NCBI GenBank assembly: GCA_965200715.1
Contig: OZ241374.1
Coordinates: 2,725,031 to 2,789,030, forward strand
DNA: 64,000 bases
Direction of reading: 5' to 3'
Origin: Arenicellales bacterium
GTDB taxonomy: Bacteria > Pseudomonadota > Gammaproteobacteria > Arenicellales > Poriferihabitantaceae
Below are positions 19,255 to 30,170 of this stretch, in pieces. A model generated the notes under the pieces. That model saw only the letters and a list, made by a program, of their open reading frames with translations, did not search any database and was not told the origin of the DNA. Within the stretch, counting starts at the first letter, position 1, and each line of letters opens with the position of its first letter. A program made the position numbers and the translations under genes.

Positions 19255-20167
19255 ATGTTAACCAGTCTCGATACTCAGGGATCTTGCCATAACAGGCGTC
19301 GAAGTACCGAGTTTGAATCCGTTCAGTAATCGGGCCTCTTTGACCATTGCCAATCTGCTTATTATCTAGTTCGCGAATTGGTGTAACCTCTGCAGCCGTT
19401 CCAGTGAAAAAGGCCTCATCAGCGATATACACTTCATCTCGGGTAATCCTTTTTTCGACAAGTTGATATCCTTCATCGTGAATAATCCTGAACACAGACT
19501 TACGGGTGATTCCATCTAGGGCCGAAGCCAAATCTGGCGTGTAGATTACACCATCTCGAATGATAAACAGATTCTCACCCGTACCCTCCATGACGTATCC
19601 ATTGGTATCCAACATCAGTGCCTCTTGATAACCATCCCGCAAAGCCTCTTGTAATGCAAGAGTGGAATTGACGTAATGACCATTGGCTTTGGCTCGACAC
19701 ATGCTGACATTAACATGATGTCGGTTGATTGAAGACACTTTTACCCGAATACCACGATTGAGACTCTCCTCGCCGAGGTAAGTCCCCCATTCCCAGGCAG
19801 CCACAATCACATGCACCTTAAGATTATCAGCTCGCAAACCCATTCCTTCCGCACCATAGAAGATCATTGGTCGGACATAACATGCCTCAAGTCCATTTTG
19901 GCGTATTGATTCAATTTGGGCATCCTGTATCGTTTCACGATCAAAAGGAATGTCCATACCCAAAATGTGAGCTGATTCAAACAGGCGCCGAGTGTGCGCT
20001 TGGAGATGGAATATTGCAGTCCCATGATCAGTTTTATACGCTCTAACGCCTTCAAATGCACCCAATCCGTAGTGCAGTGTATGAGTTAAAACATGTGTGG
20101 TAGCCTCTCTCCATGGCACCATTTGACCATCCATCCAGATGACTCCGTCACGATCACTAAACAACAT
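19247..20167 (-). CDS. ilvE: Branched-chain amino acid aminotransferase
   Basis: HTLHYGLGAFEGVRAY, EACYVRPMIFYG, EGTGENLF and TPDLASALDGITR motifs. 306 aa. Confidence 0.9.
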   Translation of the reverse strand: MLFSDRDGVIWMDGQMVPWREATTHVLTHTLHYGLGAFEGVRAYKTDHGTAIFHLQAHTRRLFESAHILGMDIPFDRETIQDAQIESIRQNGLEACYVRPMIFYGAEGMGLRADNLKVHVIVAAWEWGTYLGEESLNRGIRVKVSSINRHHVNVSMCRAKANGHYVNSTLALQEALRDGYQEALMLDTNGYVMEGTGENLFIIRDGVIYTPDLASALDGITRKSVFRIIHDEGYQLVEKRITRDEVYIADEAFFTGTAAEVTPIRELDNKQIGNGQRGPITERIQTRYFDACYGKIPEYRDWLTYV

Positions 20168-20532
20168 ATTTTTGCTCCGGTTGAAGCAAAAGATTATAAG
20201 ACAATTTTTTTAATGAATTTCAGAAAATCTGATTTAATTTTCAAATTTTTCTGCCGTATCATTCTTAGATTCAATCAGCATCAAAACCGACATTGACTGA
20301 AGGAAATCAGTGCCTATTCGGAATATTCGGACATGAAATTGTCAATGATTGTCTCGGTGATAATGAAAGATACCCACACAACCATCTGAACATATGCTAT
20401 AACAAGATTTGTAAGGTGCTGGTAAATACTACAACAAACCGAAATTGTATGCCCATTTGGAGAAAATTTATTCTTTCTGAACTCTTACCAAACTATACAC
20501 GAGTTTCCCTATCCAATATTCTTCGATCAAGC

Positions 20533-21705
20533 ATGAATGAGCAAGCAGCAAAACGCCCGACAAAAGAATTGACGGTGCAAATCCATAATAGAATCGATGA
20601 GATCCCACCCGAAGATTGGGATGGCATACTGAGAAATGACTATCCATTTCTGAAACACTGCTTTCTGTCAGCCATTGAACGCCATGAATGCATCGGCGAA
20701 GGGGTTGGCTGGATCCCACGACACATAGGCATCTACGAGCAGTCTCAGCTTATCGCTGCCATGCCGCTATATGAGAAACACAATTCATGGGGGGAATTCG
20801 TATTTGATCATGTTTGGGTAGATGCCTATCATCGCTATGGACAACACTATTACCCAAAACTGGTAAACGCGATTCCCTTTACTCCGGTAACCGGGCCGAG
20901 AATCATCAGCCAGAAGCAACGAGGTTATATGGATGTACCAATTTTCATTCAGTCGATAAAATCAATGATGGAACGTTTTGGGTATAGTTCACTGCACTGC
21001 CTCTTCCCAGACCAGAGGGATCAACAGCACTTGAAAATCAATGATGCGTTGGTTCGTAGCGACTGCCATTTCCAGTGGCATAATCATAGTTATTCTTCGT
21101 TTGAGAATTTTCTAGATGGACTCAAATCCAAAAAACGAAAAAATATCCGTCAGGAACGGAGAAAAGTTACCGAAGCTGGCGTTACGATTCGCTGGCTCAG
21201 TGGTCATCAGACAACTCACCAAGATTGGCATGACTTTTATGAAGTCTACAATCTGATCTATCAGCGCAAATATGGCATGCCTGCGTTTAACCTTGAGTTT
21301 TTTTTGGAAATTGCACACACGATGTCGGACCAAGTCATTCTGGCACTGGCTGATTACCAGAAATCGGTCATAGCCGGTGCTCTTTTCTACCGCGATGAGC
21401 AAACACTTTATGGCAGAATCTGGGGAACCCGACAAAGGATGGACTCTCTGCATTTTGAACTATGTTATTACGCGGGGATTGACTATTGCATCCGCGAAGG
21501 CCTTGCGAGATTTGATCCCGGAGTTCAGGGTGAACACAAAATCGCCAGAGGTTTTGTGCCAACCGAAACTCACTCCCTTCACTGGATTGCAAGTCAACCA
21601 TTCAGACGAGCGATTCGTGAATTTCTTGAACGAGAGCAGTATGGGGTTCAGAGCTATATGAACAGTATTGAGGACCGCACAGCCTATGGGATCCAATCCA
21701 CATGA
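20533..21705 (+). CDS. FemAB-like / DUF482 (GNAT-fold) family protein
   Basis: WDGILRNDYPFLKHCFLSAIE, WGEFVFDHVWVDAY, YYPKL...IPFTPVTGPR and RFDPGVQGEHKIARGF fit the family. The ATG at 20533 gives the usual ~390-aa length. The longer upstream extension looks non-coding. Confidence 0.7.
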   Translation: MNEQAAKRPTKELTVQIHNRIDEIPPEDWDGILRNDYPFLKHCFLSAIERHECIGEGVGWIPRHIGIYEQSQLIAAMPLYEKHNSWGEFVFDHVWVDAYHRYGQHYYPKLVNAIPFTPVTGPRIISQKQRGYMDVPIFIQSIKSMMERFGYSSLHCLFPDQRDQQHLKINDALVRSDCHFQWHNHSYSSFENFLDGLKSKKRKNIRQERRKVTEAGVTIRWLSGHQTTHQDWHDFYEVYNLIYQRKYGMPAFNLEFFLEIAHTMSDQVILALADYQKSVIAGALFYRDEQTLYGRIWGTRQRMDSLHFELCYYAGIDYCIREGLARFDPGVQGEHKIARGFVPTETHSLHWIASQPFRRAIREFLEREQYGVQSYMNSIEDRTAYGIQST

Positions 21706-23126
21706 ATGATCTTTATGCTTCTCGCGGACCATTCATGCCACTTGCAGGCAGGTCACGAACGAATCCCAACCCAGTGCTGAATTATTTGCCGGTAATTTTG
21801 TTCTTCTTGTTGATTCTGGGGATCGTCATTTACAAGTCCAATACCATACCCGATCGGATTGCCAGTGAAGTAAGTCAGCAGTTAAAACCATATCCGAGAC
21901 TGGCATCTGTTGCTGATGTTCGTGGTCGTACTCTGGTATTAGAAGGTTCGATCGACCCTTTTCCGGGCATGGATGAAGCCATTAGCCAACTCGCCTCCAT
22001 CAGTGGATTGCGTCGCTTGGACGACCGACTGATCCGACTTAATCTTGCTTCACCCTATCTGCATCTAATACAAAATGAAGACTCAATTATCCTAACGGGA
22101 TCGCTGAATCAGGAGGATTTCGATTCTGTGATTGAGCAAATTCAAGCTGCTTTTCCCTATTTAACGATTCGGCATTGGATTCAAATCGAAGATACAGTCG
22201 GGACGCCATTGTGGCTAGAAGGGCTATCGAAAAGTCTTAACACACTGCACTCGGTGAAAGACCTTGAACTCAGGGGGTGGAGAAATCGGTTACAACTGAA
22301 TGGCAATATCCCAAATAAGGATAGTCAGACACTTGTTCGTTCCATGGCAGCCTCCCTAGTGCACCGAGTTGAAGTCGAAAACCGAATTGTCGAGCAGTCA
22401 TCAACCAACCAAGCTACCAAGTTCTCGCTACGTGCAAATCAAGATGGTCTGGAGTTGTATGCCACGGTAAAAAACCGAGAACAGGCTACCCAAATTCAAA
22501 ATGCCGCTGAGCGTGTCTTTGGGCTGGTCGTCGGGAGAATAGAACTCAACCCAAATCTCGAAAATGACCCAGTTCTATCATCTATGCTGCCTCTTTTTCC
22601 CGATTTGGCACTGGTGAAAGACTTACGCTTGATGAGTGATGGAAATAAATACGTTGTATGGGGTGAAGTATCTAGTTCGAATCGACTTGAAAAGATTACC
22701 CAACGCATCCGCGAGCTGGGGATGGCGAGCGATATCAAAAATAAAATTCACATTCACAAAAGTAACACGCCAGCCATTCTGACAATGCTTCGCTATGACA
22801 AGCAAATTACCTTATCCGGAAAACTCCCGAGTTCATTTGTTCGAAACCAGTTGCTGGAATCTACCCGAGAAATCTTTGCTACCAAAATCATCGAATCCTC
22901 GCTCGATATTCTACAGCATGTTGAATACTCTACCTGGATTGAAATATGGCCTGAAGTGATAAAATCCATTCCTCTGGAGGTTTTTGGTATCGCTGTTGAC
23001 AATTCTCAGGTCGTCCTGACGGGCATGCCGGAATCGGAAGAACAGAGTCAGGGCATAGCACTCCGAATTGGTGAGTTACTCCCAGATTATCAGGTCCGTA
23101 ACTGGATGCGAATATCCGACCTCTAA
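21702..23126 (+). CDS. Membrane-anchored protein with seven BON-like repeats
   Basis: One N-terminal TM helix (LPVILFFLLILGIVIY) is followed by seven ~45-65-aa modules. Each fits the pattern v.l...g..l.L.G.v.s......i...a......V.n.i. Confidence 0.5.
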   Translation: MNDLYASRGPFMPLAGRSRTNPNPVLNYLPVILFFLLILGIVIYKSNTIPDRIASEVSQQLKPYPRLASVADVRGRTLVLEGSIDPFPGMDEAISQLASISGLRRLDDRLIRLNLASPYLHLIQNEDSIILTGSLNQEDFDSVIEQIQAAFPYLTIRHWIQIEDTVGTPLWLEGLSKSLNTLHSVKDLELRGWRNRLQLNGNIPNKDSQTLVRSMAASLVHRVEVENRIVEQSSTNQATKFSLRANQDGLELYATVKNREQATQIQNAAERVFGLVVGRIELNPNLENDPVLSSMLPLFPDLALVKDLRLMSDGNKYVVWGEVSSSNRLEKITQRIRELGMASDIKNKIHIHKSNTPAILTMLRYDKQITLSGKLPSSFVRNQLLESTREIFATKIIESSLDILQHVEYSTWIEIWPEVIKSIPLEVFGIAVDNSQVVLTGMPESEEQSQGIALRIGELLPDYQVRNWMRISDL

Positions 23127-23238
23127 TATTGAATTGCACATCAATTCGTATCGCTTAATAAGTAACGAAATTCACACCCTTTCCAACTGTATCACTTTCA
23201 TATCCCCTAGCCATTTTGTCCTATCGACTGACCTTTTC

Positions 23239-24105
23239 ATGAACGCACCTGTACTCCAAAGTATGACTGGATTTGCACGAAGTTGCTCTGAATCCAATGG
23301 TCAAGAATATGTTTGGGAAATCCGCAGTGTCAACCATCGCTTTCTCAATATTTCTTTCAAACTGCCGCCTGCGATGCGTCATCTTGAAACCCGTATTCGC
23401 GATATGATACAAGCAGTGATTCACCGCGGTCATATTGAAATTTCCCTGTGGATAAATAGTGCCTTTAGCGGTAATCTTGATGACTTGAATCAAGACAATC
23501 TCGACGCATTAGCTACTCTCATGCTTCGTGTGCATGAGAGACATCCCGAGCTATTACCCAGTAGTGTTTCTGAATTACTGAGGTGGCCGGGTATTCTGCC
23601 TGAAGAGCCGGTGGGTAGCAGTATTGAATCCCTTCCGGGGTTTCAGGCTAGTCTCGATCAATTGGTCCTTAGCCGTTTGACTGAGGGTGCACGACTAACC
23701 CAGATCCTCCGTGAAAAACTGGAGCGCTGCCTGTCTATGCTCGATCGTCTGCAAGAAAAATTGCCTGATATTGAAGACCAAACCAAACAAAAACTACTGC
23801 AACGCATTGATGAAATTGAGCATGAAGTTGAATCGGAACGCATTGCACATGAAATAGCCCTGTTACTGATCAAGCATGATGTTACAGAAGAGTTGGACCG
23901 GTTGCATTCGCATCTTGAAGAATCAATATCCCTATTAGATGGAGGTGGAGCTGTAGGACGACGTCTTGATTTTTTGATGCAGGAACTAAATCGAGAAGCC
24001 AATACACTCGGTGCCAAATCCTCAAGCACGGTCATGACTAGTGCCTCAATCGATCTCAAATTGCTAATCGAGCAAATCCGAGAGCAGATACAGAACCTTG
24101 AATAA
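23239..24105 (+). CDS. yicC: YicC family stress-induced protein
   Basis: MNAPVLQSMTGFARS...WEIRSVNHRFL and the C-terminal EANTLGAKS...IEQIREQIQNLE match YicC. The ATG at 23239 matches the family N-terminus. Confidence 0.85.
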   Translation: MNAPVLQSMTGFARSCSESNGQEYVWEIRSVNHRFLNISFKLPPAMRHLETRIRDMIQAVIHRGHIEISLWINSAFSGNLDDLNQDNLDALATLMLRVHERHPELLPSSVSELLRWPGILPEEPVGSSIESLPGFQASLDQLVLSRLTEGARLTQILREKLERCLSMLDRLQEKLPDIEDQTKQKLLQRIDEIEHEVESERIAHEIALLLIKHDVTEELDRLHSHLEESISLLDGGGAVGRRLDFLMQELNREANTLGAKSSSTVMTSASIDLKLLIEQIREQIQNLE

Positions 24106-24703
24106 CCTTAACATCTCCAACCGCTACATGCCTAAGCAAGTAACTGACCCGAAAATTCTGATCCTCTCTGCACCTTCTGGAGGCGGTAAAACTAGTCTTG
24201 CGCTAGCACTTGCCAAGGGCCGTACTGATGCACAGATAGTCGTATCCCATACGACAAGAGAGGCACGACCTGGAGAAATTGACGGTGTTCACTATCAGTT
24301 TGTGGACTACGACACCTTTCGGAGGTTGATTCATCAAAATTCGTTTATTGAGCATGCTTCGGTATATGGAAACCTGTATGGTACATCCCATGTAGCGGTC
24401 AATGAATTACTGAAGTCTGGAAAGCATGCAATTCTGGATATCGACTGGCAAGGAGCTCGTGCGGTCAGAGAGTGCTATCCCCAGGCAATTTCAGTTTTTA
24501 TATTGCCACCTTCAATCCATGAACTTGAGCAGAGACTAAGGGAGCGCAATCAGGATAGCGAACTGGTGATTCGGCAACGCATGGACAAGGCCATGGAAGA
24601 ATTAAGTCATCAGGATGAGTTTCAAGTAATGCTCGTCAATGAGCATTTTGAAGAATCCGTTACAAAATTAAACGAAATACTCGACTCGGCTGATAACGAA
24701 TGA
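24098..24703 (+). CDS. gmk: Guanylate kinase
   Basis: P-loop SAPSGGGKTS, plus TTREARPGEIDGVHYQF and EHASVYGNLYGTS. Confidence 0.9.
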   Translation: MNNLNISNRYMPKQVTDPKILILSAPSGGGKTSLALALAKGRTDAQIVVSHTTREARPGEIDGVHYQFVDYDTFRRLIHQNSFIEHASVYGNLYGTSHVAVNELLKSGKHAILDIDWQGARAVRECYPQAISVFILPPSIHELEQRLRERNQDSELVIRQRMDKAMEELSHQDEFQVMLVNEHFEESVTKLNEILDSADNE

Positions 24704-25028
24704 ATAGAGAGACCTCCCAAGTATAATTGAAGAGAATCTATTGCATTTGATCGCTCACGGCCTGATGGGTATCGACTCGCGGACCACTCTTTTGTTTTGG
24801 AATGACTCTGTGCAAGCCTTTGTATATACCGGACCGATCATCCCGAATGTTCTTTCCTGTAACCGCCCTTCTGTTGCGGTCTCAGCACAACAATCAGGAT
24901 ATCGGAATCATCTTAACCAACGGGTATACAAAATTTGTATTTTGGAATACGAACGACTGGTTCCAGTTTATACCAAAATATGGGAAAAATCATTCTGCCC
25001 TAATCGACAATTAGAATCAGCGAAACCC

Positions 25029-26421
25029 ATGAGATTTTTTATAGCACTAGGCGCACTGGCCACACTTATAACGGGATGTGGAGGTAGTGGAGGTACCTCT
25101 ATGCACATCACCGAAACGAACTCAACATCCATGACAATGAATAATCCCCCGCAAGCACGAACACGAACAAGCACGCAATTACAAAATAGTAATTTTAGCA
25201 ACTTGGAATGGTATGTTGATCCTCAAGTCGATTTGCCGAGAGATGGTCGTGGTGGCCTCAGAGTGATTAGACCCGAACAAGGGGGTGCGTCCTTTATTCG
25301 GCCGGACTTTGATAATCGGTTATTGGAACGTCTAGAACCTAGCTTGAGATTTAATCAACAGGCACAAACTCGAATAACCGCTTTTGCTAGTGTACTCGGG
25401 ATTTTATATAGCCAAGCCTATCGACAATGGACACGACATTTAAATTATGATCCGGGTGATCTTGCCTTACAAATTGGCAGATTGCGGGGCTGGAAGTTTA
25501 GGCTGTTATGATCCTATAAGTAATATTGTCATATTAAATGAGGATACAATCGTTCGTAACTATGGGCGATATTTGGATTGGTTAATTTCTGGGAATGATG
25601 TTTTTGCTGAACAAGCAATTCAAGAGCTTTTCCTCTTATTTACCCATGAAGCTGCGCACCAATTCGGCTATCAAAATCCAGATGGTATTTCAGGACGAGA
25701 AAATGATTGTAGTAGCCAGGAAGACTACTGCCATGCTGCTTACGGTTCCGGAAGTATAGTCAGTTATGGCCACCTAAGAGGAGGAAGTGTTCGCTACAAC
25801 GTGACTGAGGAGGATATTCGGCACATACCCAATGCTACATGGAACGATGAACTATTTGATCGGTATTCGGTTTCACGAGCAGGCACACCCGCTTCCATTG
25901 ACCAATGGGGTGTTTGGATCGATCATTATTTTGCTGTTTCCGGGCAAACCGCACCCGGAAGAACCTTCGGTGGCAACCTGAATATATCCGATGATCTTGT
26001 CGGAACGGGTTGGGTACGTGGAGTCGCATCGGAGAATGTTTCGCTCACGGGTTCGGCGACCTGGAGTGGAACCGATAATTTTCTAGGCGTGGATATGAGT
26101 GCAAATTATTTGGGGGCACTGCTCAGAGCCGACGCTAATCTGCACTATACCTTTGCAGCAAATCCAAACCTGAATGTGCGGATCAACAATTTTGAAGCTC
26201 ATTATTCCCGCATTGGTGCTACTAGATGGCATGACCACACATTCACCGACTGGGGTGACTTCAGCTACGATTTGGAATGCACCGCGAACGGGTGTGCAAA
26301 CACCCTTGCAAGAGCCGAATGGTATGCCAACGATACTGGTGATCCCTCCGGCTGGATCGGTGGTGTCGTGAACGATCAAATCAACACTTACGAGGGATCT
26401 TTTGTCGCGGAGAAAGACTAG
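25029..26421 (+). pseudogene. Surface-lipoprotein-like gene (lipobox + HExxH region + TbpB-like C-terminal beta-barrel), interrupted by a frameshift at 25444-25511
   Basis: The signal/lipobox MRFFIALGALATLITGC is followed by a GGSGG linker. The reading frame switches by +1 between ORFs 24741-25511 and 25447-26421. The second part has FTHEAAHQFG and ends ...GSATWSGTDNFLGV...YEGSFVAEKD, like TbpB/fHbp-type barrels. Confidence 0.5.
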
Positions 26422-26700
26422 ACATAAAACCCTAACCTAGCATAGCCAGAACCAAAGCAAGGTTTCCTAATCCGAAAATAGAGTGCTTGAAATAGGGCAC
26501 AAAGCCATATGCACTGTGGGTTTCAGTCCTAAACTGATCAAACCCATTGGGGGATTCGATAAAGTCCCTCAAATATCACGCTATACAAGGTATCGAGGAT
26601 ATTTCTGGTTTTCTATTTCAGGATTAGGGGGAATTCTGAATGATTGAAACACGTCATTTGCCTGTATAATCTCTGTTTTGTTTCTGAATTTTATAGAAAA

Positions 26701-27063
26701 GTGGCTAGAATTACTGTTAATGATTGTCTTGAAAAAGTCGATAATCGCTTCCAACTTGTCATGATCGCTGCCAAGCGAACCCGGGAGTTGATACTAGGTG
26801 CAGAACCCTTGGTTAATCCCGAAGATGACAAACCCACCGTAATCGCATTACGGGAAATTGCCGAAGGTCTGGTTGATGCATCTATTCTCGAGAAGAGTAA
26901 CACTATGCTGGATGATTTTGATCTCAGTGAAGATCTGTTAGACGATGCGGGGCTTGAGAGTATGGATGACACCGACGTAGAAGGCGCAATCCGACAAGCG
27001 ATTCTCGAGGGCTCAGATGGCGACCAAACTCGCACTAGCGCGACGGCTAAAGAAGAATCTTAG
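26701..27063 (+). CDS. rpoZ: RNA polymerase omega subunit with long acidic C-terminal tail
   Basis: With a GTG start the N-terminus reads [31 protein letters not shown], the canonical omega N-terminus. Confidence 0.85.
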   Translation: MARITVNDCLEKVDNRFQLVMIAAKRTRELILGAEPLVNPEDDKPTVIALREIAEGLVDASILEKSNTMLDDFDLSEDLLDDAGLESMDDTDVEGAIRQAILEGSDGDQTRTSATAKEES

Positions 27064-29218
27064 TGAGTTACTGGAATCTTCAACTTCCAGTGTACCTAGA
27101 TCCGACTACGAAACACTGTTCGCAGACCTGAACGGAACGCTTGAAGAATATCTGGATCCGCAATCGATCTCCGATATTTTCAAAGCAACCATTTTTGGTG
27201 CTAACGCTCACAAGGGCCAGAAACGCAAGAGCGGAGAAGATTTCATCTATCATCCCATGGCAGTCGCCAAGATACTGGGCGAAATGCGCATGGATAGTCG
27301 TACCATCATCGCAGCCATATTGCATGATGTTATTGAAGATACCGATACCTCCCTCAAACGACTAGAAAAGAAATTTGGACGGGAAATTGCTCATCTCGTC
27401 AATGGAGTTAGCAAAGTCAACCATCTTGAGGAGCAAACTTCTCGCAAGCATGCCGAGGCGGTGTCGTTTGGCAAAATGTTCGTAGCTACTGCTGATGATA
27501 TTCGAGTGATCATCATCAAACTTGCCGACCGACTGCACAATATGACCACACTGGATTCGCTGGACCGCGATCGACAAAATCGGATTGCTCGTCAAACCCT
27601 TGAAATTTATGCGCCTGTCGCCTATCGACTCGGAATGTATGATCTCGCTCTCAAGCTTGAGGATCTAGGATTTCAACGACTGTATCCCTGGCGACACAAA
27701 ACCTTGGGTCGGGCAGTACAGACCACCTCTAGTGCGCGCAAAAAAATGGTTCGCCGGGCCAGTAAGCAAATTGCCGATGCTCTGGCCAATGATGATATTG
27801 AAGTTAGCATTGTCAGCAAATCCCTCTACTATATCTATCGCACCATGGAAAAAAGTGGCATCACTCTCCATGACATTAAGGACATATATTCGATACGCAT
27901 CATCACACGTACCCGCCAGCAATGCTACGAATCCATTGGTGTAGCACATGAGGTATTTCGTCCTTTGCCGGGAAATTTCAAAGATTTCATTGCAATCCCG
28001 AAAACCAATGGTTATCAGTCCCTGCATACCATGATTGTTGGTCCAAATGGTCAGGCAATCGAGATTCAGGTTCAGACTCGGGCCATGCATATCATCGCAA
28101 AATCCGGTGTGGCCTCACTTAATATGCCCGATGAAATTCTCAATGAGGAAGGCTTACCCACAAAACATCTAGCCCATGAATGGGTAAGTAGCATAGTTGA
28201 GTCACATGAACTATCAAGTACCTCAGGCGAGTTTATGGAGCATCTGAAAACTGCCTTATTTCCAGATGAGGTTTATGTATTCACCCCAAAAGGTGATATC
28301 AAGCGCTTGCCAGTTGATGCTACCGCACTGGATTTTGCCTATTCGGTCCACACAGATATCGGTAACGAAAGTATTGGTGCTATTGTCAATGACCAGCCTG
28401 TGCCCCTGCATGAGGTTCTGAATAACGGAGACCGAATCGAAATTAAGACCCGCAAACCAGCAAATCCAAATATCTCGTGGTTAGATTTCGTAACCACTTC
28501 TCGAGCCAAAACCGCAATCCGTCATCATTTCAATATCCAGAGAAAGCAACAAGCTCTGCAATTTGGCAAGAAATTACTGTTTACGGCCCTGCATAACGTA
28601 GGGTACACGCGGCGTATCTCAGAGACAGAAAAAAATCGTTTACTCAAAGAGCTTAAGATCGATACCTGGAATCAGTTGCTCTCTGATATCGGATCGGGAT
28701 CACGACTCCCACTACTGGTCGCCCGTCAATTAGCCGACCTTTCCTCGGAGAATATCGAAGCGCTCGATTCTGCGACTACAACGAACTTGACGATTGAGGG
28801 CACGGAAAATCTGGTTGTTACCCACTCCAAGTGTTGCTATCCTGTTCCGGGCGACAAAATCTATGGCATATATTATCCGGGTAAAGGGTTGGTGGTCCAC
28901 CGTAATCAGTGTTCGAATACGAATGTAAGAACGCAACCACTTGAAAATTGTGTTCACCTGAACTGGTCAAAGGATATCATCGGATGCTATGAAGCCAGTC
29001 TGATTGCCGAAATTGCTGACGAGCCCGGAATGCTTTGGAAAGTAGCCGGAATCATTGCCAATCACGACTCCAATATCAACGGTATCACCATGAATGCCGA
29101 ACCTTTCGGTACAGCGCGCCTGTCGATTTTGCTCTTGGTTCGAAACAACCAACACCTCGCAAAGATTATTCGAGATCTGGAGTCTACATCGACAGTATAT
29201 AAAGTATACCGGCCATGA
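27017..29218 (+). CDS. spoT: Bifunctional (p)ppGpp synthetase/hydrolase SpoT/RelA family
   Basis: HD domain ([10 protein letters not shown]...LHDVIEDT), RelA/SpoT synthetase domain (YRTMEKSGI...YQSLHT), and TGS and ACT-like C-terminal regions. The only canonical start, ATG 27017, overlaps rpoZ by 47 nt. Confidence 0.9.
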   Translation: MATKLALARRLKKNLSELLESSTSSVPRSDYETLFADLNGTLEEYLDPQSISDIFKATIFGANAHKGQKRKSGEDFIYHPMAVAKILGEMRMDSRTIIAAILHDVIEDTDTSLKRLEKKFGREIAHLVNGVSKVNHLEEQTSRKHAEAVSFGKMFVATADDIRVIIIKLADRLHNMTTLDSLDRDRQNRIARQTLEIYAPVAYRLGMYDLALKLEDLGFQRLYPWRHKTLGRAVQTTSSARKKMVRRASKQIADALANDDIEVSIVSKSLYYIYRTMEKSGITLHDIKDIYSIRIITRTRQQCYESIGVAHEVFRPLPGNFKDFIAIPKTNGYQSLHTMIVGPNGQAIEIQVQTRAMHIIAKSGVASLNMPDEILNEEGLPTKHLAHEWVSSIVESHELSSTSGEFMEHLKTALFPDEVYVFTPKGDIKRLPVDATALDFAYSVHTDIGNESIGAIVNDQPVPLHEVLNNGDRIEIKTRKPANPNISWLDFVTTSRAKTAIRHHFNIQRKQQALQFGKKLLFTALHNVGYTRRISETEKNRLLKELKIDTWNQLLSDIGSGSRLPLLVARQLADLSSENIEALDSATTTNLTIEGTENLVVTHSKCCYPVPGDKIYGIYYPGKGLVVHRNQCSNTNVRTQPLENCVHLNWSKDIIGCYEASLIAEIADEPGMLWKVAGIIANHDSNINGITMNAEPFGTARLSILLLVRNNQHLAKIIRDLESTSTVYKVYRP

Positions 29219-29679
29219 ATAGGGTCTTATTTGTTTGTCTAGGAAATATCTGTCGCTCTCCGAGTGCAGAAGGCATATTTCGAAAAATTGTCCAGGCGAA
29301 AGGGTTTGAAGATGCATTTGAAATCGATTCTGCCGGAACGGGCGATTGGCACATCGGCCATACTCCTGATCAACGAGCGCAACAGGCGGCTAGTCGTCGT
29401 GATGTCGACTTGTCTGCCTTGAGGGCACGGCAGTTGAGTATTGAGGATATCATCTACCATGACTTAATCTTGGTTATGGATAGACGGAACCGGGCAGATG
29501 TAGTCTCACTGGCACAACCCGAACATGAGCATAAAATTCGCTACTTGCTGGAATACAGCGAGCAATATGATGGACTCGAAATACCTGACCCATATTATGG
29601 AGGTACGCATGGATTTGATTTGGTACTGGACATGATCGAAGATTCCTGCAAACGATTACTTAATTCCATCATCGAGTGA
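29215..29679 (+). CDS. Low-molecular-weight protein-tyrosine phosphatase
   Basis: Active-site loop VLFVCLGNICRSPSAEG and the DPYYG motif. Confidence 0.85.
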   Translation: MNRVLFVCLGNICRSPSAEGIFRKIVQAKGFEDAFEIDSAGTGDWHIGHTPDQRAQQAASRRDVDLSALRARQLSIEDIIYHDLILVMDRRNRADVVSLAQPEHEHKIRYLLEYSEQYDGLEIPDPYYGGTHGFDLVLDMIEDSCKRLLNSIIE

Positions 29680-30170
29680 TGACCTTCAAATCAAATATTG
29701 AGATCAATCTCTCAGACCAAACCTTGACACTCTATTGTGCTGAGGGAACGACTCGACAAACCTATCCGGTCTCGACAGCAAAGAAAGGTCCCGGACAAAT
29801 CATGAACAGTAATTGCACTCCGCTAGGTAAGCACATCATTCGCGCTAAGGTTGGTGATGGACAACCGACCAATACCGTGTTCCGAGGGCGTCGACCAACA
29901 GGGGAAATTTATCGATTTGATATGCGAGAGGTTGAACCGGAAAGAGACTGGATACTAACACGTATTCTCTGGCTCAGTGGTCTTGAGATTGGCTATAACC
30001 GATTGGGCAATGTCGACACCATGCGACGCTATATCTACATCCATGGCAGTCCCGATGAAATTGAACTTGGACAACCCGGCTCGCATGGTTGTATTCGTAT
30101 GAGTAATACAGATGTGATTCATCTATTTGACTCTATTCCTGTAGGCACGCCGGTACTGATTTATGTCTAA
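29676..30170 (+). CDS. L,D-transpeptidase (YkuD) domain protein
   Basis: IYIHGSPDE...GQPGSHGCIRMSNTDVIHLF is the catalytic His/Cys motif. Confidence 0.8.
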   Translation: MMTFKSNIEINLSDQTLTLYCAEGTTRQTYPVSTAKKGPGQIMNSNCTPLGKHIIRAKVGDGQPTNTVFRGRRPTGEIYRFDMREVEPERDWILTRILWLSGLEIGYNRLGNVDTMRRYIYIHGSPDEIELGQPGSHGCIRMSNTDVIHLFDSIPVGTPVLIYV

